A stretch of DNA of 51,594 nucleotides, the filler included, from Sphacelaria rigidula (lineage: Eukaryota): NCBI GenBank assembly GCA_964200075.2. It is 4 parts of 4 records of this genome, joined end to end, with 100 filler letters (N's around TTAATTAATTAA, not from the genome) between each part and the next. Parts side by side here need not be neighbours in the genome. Positions count along the whole stretch, not along the records: positions 38,773 to 51,594 come from CAXNAA020003391.1; 3 more parts are not named here. One strand, 5' to 3'. The notes beneath the pieces were generated by a model. It had not been told where the DNA came from and did not search any database. It was given only the letters and a program-made list of their open reading frames with translations. Shown here piece by piece: positions 48,941-51,594 of the stretch. Each line of letters opens with the position of its first letter. The stretch's first letter is position 1. Position numbers and translations under genes: made by a program.

Positions 48941-49421
48941 TTATCTGCTGCTGGTGCTGTTGCCGCAGATATTGTTCGTCTTCGTGATAAAAAAAAAGTC
49001 AGACCTAACCGCTTTCAAGAAAGTAATTCACGCGTACAAATTCTTCTCATTCGGCCGAGTTTGCCCCCAAAACCGTGACGAAAACTTCCATGATCATTCG
49101 AGCCTTGAGGACTAATAGTCCCAACCGCTCGCCCGCGTGCGAAGGAGGCGTTTTTTGCTGTCGAATCGACGCCTGCAGCCTGCGGCACCGATTTGAGCTC
49201 TGCCAACGCATCCTTCACCTCGACCACCTACCCTCTGCATTCCCCCCTTGCCCGAGGGTTTTCGATATAATACTGTACCCTGGACTACGGGTTTTTCGGT
49301 GAAGGCTACTTTAGCATTAGTGTGTGGCAAAGGAAGCATGCGTCAACCATGGCATTCTGACGATAAATTGGGGATAAACGCCTCCTAATATGATTTGCGC
49401 GGTTGCCGTCGCGGAAATCAG

Positions 49422-49660
49422 GGGGGGAAACGACCGCTGGGCCCACCTTAGCCGCTGATGCTGTCACGGGCAAACCGCGTGAACCCGAGGTGACAACAAA
49501 AGCCTCAAGGGACGAGGGCGATACGAAGAAAATCCTAAACAAGAGCAACGGCAATAAGAAGAAGAAGGCAAGGGAGAGGGTTGTTCCGGGGAGCTTGGTG
49601 ATAACTGCCGTTTCGGCATCAGGGATGCCGGATACTGAAAAGGGCGTGTTTTCCAAGCAG
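49422..49660 (+). CDS. UBL/C2-domain protein, exon ending in the start of a C2 domain; gene continues beyond contig
   Basis: ATCAG|...PGSLVITAVSASGMPDTEKGVFSKQ|GTGTGC, which resembles the first strand and loop of a C2 domain. Confidence 0.75.
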
Positions 49661-49678
49661 GTGTGCTTTACTGCAGAG

Positions 49679-49978
49679 AACACCGTTTTCGTGAGGTTGA
49701 GAGTAGAGTGCTGATTGAGAGTGGCTTTGGTCATTCGCTCCAACTTGGCCAATTCTTCATTTCGTGTGTGCTTTTTTCTGCCTTTATCATTAGCGTGTGC
49801 TTACAGCTACACGTCGATATCCTACTCAGGGATATCAAGGGCCTCAGTGGCGAACTACTACATGAAGCATTTCGGGCCTCGCGGAGGAGCATTCTGGAAC
49901 TGAAACGGTTCGTTTAATTATTGACTGCTTTTCACTCTCAATCGTATCCTCTACTCTCAATCTCACGAAAGCATTGTT
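49679..49978. mobile_element. ~300-bp MITE with ~45-bp TIRs; partial inverted copy at 21419-21640
   Basis: AACACCGTTTTCGTGAGGTTGAGAGTAGAG... / ...CTCTACTCTCAATCTCACGAAAGCATTGTT. Confidence 0.7.
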
Positions 49979-50309
49979 AGAGGTGCATTTTCCACTCCAA
50001 GTTGTCTCTGCGGGTTGTGCAGTGGGTCGGATGAATGAATGAAGACTTTTGCCCTGTAGGTTCCTGACAAGCTATTATTATTTTTTTAATATCCTAATTG
50101 TATTGGTAGTATCGTATGTTCTCGGGGGAAGGTGTTCTCTCGAAGAAAAATTCAAGTACTGTACGGCTTTGAGGCGGCACGCCCTTTTTGTTTTTTATAC
50201 TTTTTTTTCAAGGGTTTTCACATGACCGGCGTTACCCCTCTATTTTTCACGTGTCTATATATGTTTCTGGACCGGTTCGAAGACTTGTACCTGGTACAGA
50301 GGTGGTCAT

Positions 50310-50560
50310 GACACTTTCTGCGAAAGTCCCCCCCGAAAACCAGCCCAAATGTATCACGAAAAAAATGATCATACAGCGCCTGATGTTTGGATTCAGACTG
50401 CATGAAGCGCCTCACATGGGCGATATCGGTGAGAACGAACCCAAGCGTGAGAATTCCCAGCTGCTTGTTGTGCTCGGCTTTTTCCAATTTGATTTAGGTG
50501 AAGATTTTGCCTCCACAAACCGGGCACTTTTAGGGGGGGGCGGCTATCGTAGAAAATGTC
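50310..50560. mobile_element. MITE, same family
   Basis: GACACTTTCTGCGAAAGTCCCCCC / GGGGCGGCTATCGTAGAAAATGTC; interior matches 44858-45121. Confidence 0.7.
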
Positions 50561-50731
50561 GCATGTGAGATTCTCGCTTTTGCCGTCCGGTTCAAGGAGC
50601 GTCATGTTAGATTTGTACCCACTTCAAAGGTGGTCATCTGAGAGCATGCCCTGCACGTAAATAGCCTTTGGATCGTTTTATATATTAAAGAACTCGAACC
50701 GAGTGATCCTACGACATGGGGAGGGGGGGGG

Positions 50732-51516
50732 TACTTATTTGTTGCTTGCCTTAGTCGTTTGATCATTGATCACGCATCCCTGTCGAGACGGAGCACCGTT
50801 TCCTACTCCTAATAGAGACACCTCCGACATTCCGGCGCTCATTACGCTTCTTCCATACACTACACAAAAACCTCTTACCTATCTTATCCCCACCCTTTTT
50901 CACCGTCTGTAGCCACCATCTATCTTCGAGTATAGCCATCGTTTTCTCCCTACTGTCTAATGCATCAAACGATTTCATGCCACCTTCGTTTACTTCCCGT
51001 GTTTCTCCCTCTAGCGCGTCCCGCTCCCCCTTGTATAGTTCACATTCTGCCACTGTATGGGTCCTGCTCTCTAATGCTTTGTCACAGGGGTAATTATGTG
51101 CATCTACTTCCTCCTCTTCTCGAGTACTAGTAAATATTTTTAATTATTTCTGGCAGATCCAGGTCCCACACACGCAATCGCACTTTCAACTTTTTCGCGG
51201 AGCCCATTGCCCATGCAGATATATTTTCATTCCCATCCCCTCTCTCAACCCGCCGCATATCTTCAGTTGCTTTTTCCTCGCCTACTTTCCGTCTTAGCAT
51301 TCTTTTCCCCCTTTTTTCGATCATGTCTCTTACTCTTGTCTTTTACCCCGCGCCTTCACCTATGGACAGTATTTCGTATTGGTTTGCTCCTATCTCCTTC
51401 CGCACTTTGTCGACTACGCCACCCCATCTTATTCGAGCCTATCCTTTCGTCATTTCCTTCTATACAGCCTTATCAACTATGGCTTGCAATCTCTTTCTCC
51501 ACATGTTTTTCACGCT
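50732..51516 (-). mobile_element. Second 5'-truncated copy of the same LINE 3' end
   Basis: Reverse-complement similarity to about 13150-13830 (AECELYKGERDALEGE...WKKRNE). G-runs on both sides. Confidence 0.85.
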
Positions 51517-51594
51517 GGGGGGGGGGGGGGGGGGGGGCGGCACTTTTTTTTTGGTTCCTTGGGTGTTTTAAAAAGGGAAAACCACCCCCTCGCC

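Overview
Eukaryotic, repeat-rich, intron-rich nuclear DNA, most likely from a brown alga (Phaeophyceae). This is inferred from an EsV-1-7 repeat gene, long introns and TTAGGG-like motifs. The window is not one locus: it is four contigs (1-12825, 12926-25749, 25850-38672, 38773-51594; 12825, 12824, 12823 and 12822 bp) joined by identical artificial 100-bp N44-TTAATTAATTAA-N44 linkers. Contig 1 holds the first coding exon of spliceosomal Sm D1 (minus strand), two long foldback hairpins and many small repeats. Contig 2 holds a decayed LINE 3' end and an uninterrupted ORF with about 14 tandem 38-aa C-X4-C-X16-C-X2-H-X12 (EsV-1-7) repeats. Those repeats have a hypervariable, TALE-RVD-like position. 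Contig 3 holds five exons of an RlmN/Cfr-family radical-SAM RNA methyltransferase, with a probable GC splice donor and two intronic tRNA-derived SINEs, plus a possible Snapin-like exon. Contig 4 holds a third long hairpin and a multi-exon gene with ubiquitin-like and C2 domains. Several MITE, SINE and LINE families recur across contigs. The best leads are a possible modular recognition code in the EsV-1-7 array, three pre-miRNA/hpRNA-like foldbacks, and a LINE apparently inserting into poly-C tracts.
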